Origin: Mobula hypostoma
Lineage: Eukaryota
Length of the DNA stretch: 64,000 bases
Reading direction: 5' to 3'
Assembly: GCF_963921235.1 (NCBI RefSeq)
Contig: NC_086118.1
Coordinates: forward strand, 13,580,001-13,644,000
Position numbers and translations under genes: made by a program. The notes under the pieces were generated by a model that had not been told where the DNA came from, searched no databases, and saw only the letters and a program-made list of their open reading frames with translations. Of this stretch, positions 63,795 through 64,000 are shown piece by piece; position 1 is the stretch's first letter; each line of letters begins with the position of its first letter.

Positions 63795-64000
63795 CTAGGA
63801 TCTACCTGACACCATGGAAAATTGCCCAGACATGTTCTGTGCACAAAAGGCAGGTTAAATTCAAACCAGCAAACAAATTAGCACTCAGTCATCATCAAAA
63901 TGACAGAAGCTGCTGTCAGCAATGTTATGAAGTACAGTTTACTCTTCAATAATCTGCTTGCCAGAGCCTGGCTCATGTTTTCCCAGAACCACTAAGACCT
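63795..64000 (+). mobile_element. Old CR1/L2-like RT fragment
   Basis: WKIAQTCSVHKRQVKFKPAN. Confidence 0.55.

Overview
Eukaryotic, repeat-saturated intronic or intergenic DNA with no recognisable intact host gene. The repeat repertoire (HER1-like CR1 LINEs with SGNH-esterase ORF1, Rex1/Babar LINEs, a V-SINE, Penelope-like elements, Gypsy LTR elements) suggests a cartilaginous fish, probably a ray or skate (inference). Main elements: (1) a PNMA-gag Gypsy element at 1-6211 (-) with a GGGAAAC slippery site and a clear H-type pseudoknot; (2) a CsRn1-like Gypsy at 25960-33338 (+); (3) a decayed retrovirus-like provirus at 33651-42186 (-) with coiled-coil gag, YVDD RT, tether plus a second RNase H, HHCC integrase, a tRNA-Asn-like PBS and an ATTT TSD, most resembling lokiretroviruses; (4) young CR1 copies, one with an uninterrupted RT frame; (5) Penelope terminal repeats carrying minimal hammerhead ribozyme cores, several as fold-back inverted pairs; (6) an RTE insertion, a hAT/Charlie transposon and several solo LTRs with readable TSDs. 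A few minus-strand micro-exon candidates may belong to a host transcript. Family calls come from motif recognition by eye, not database searches; boundaries without a stated TSD are approximate.
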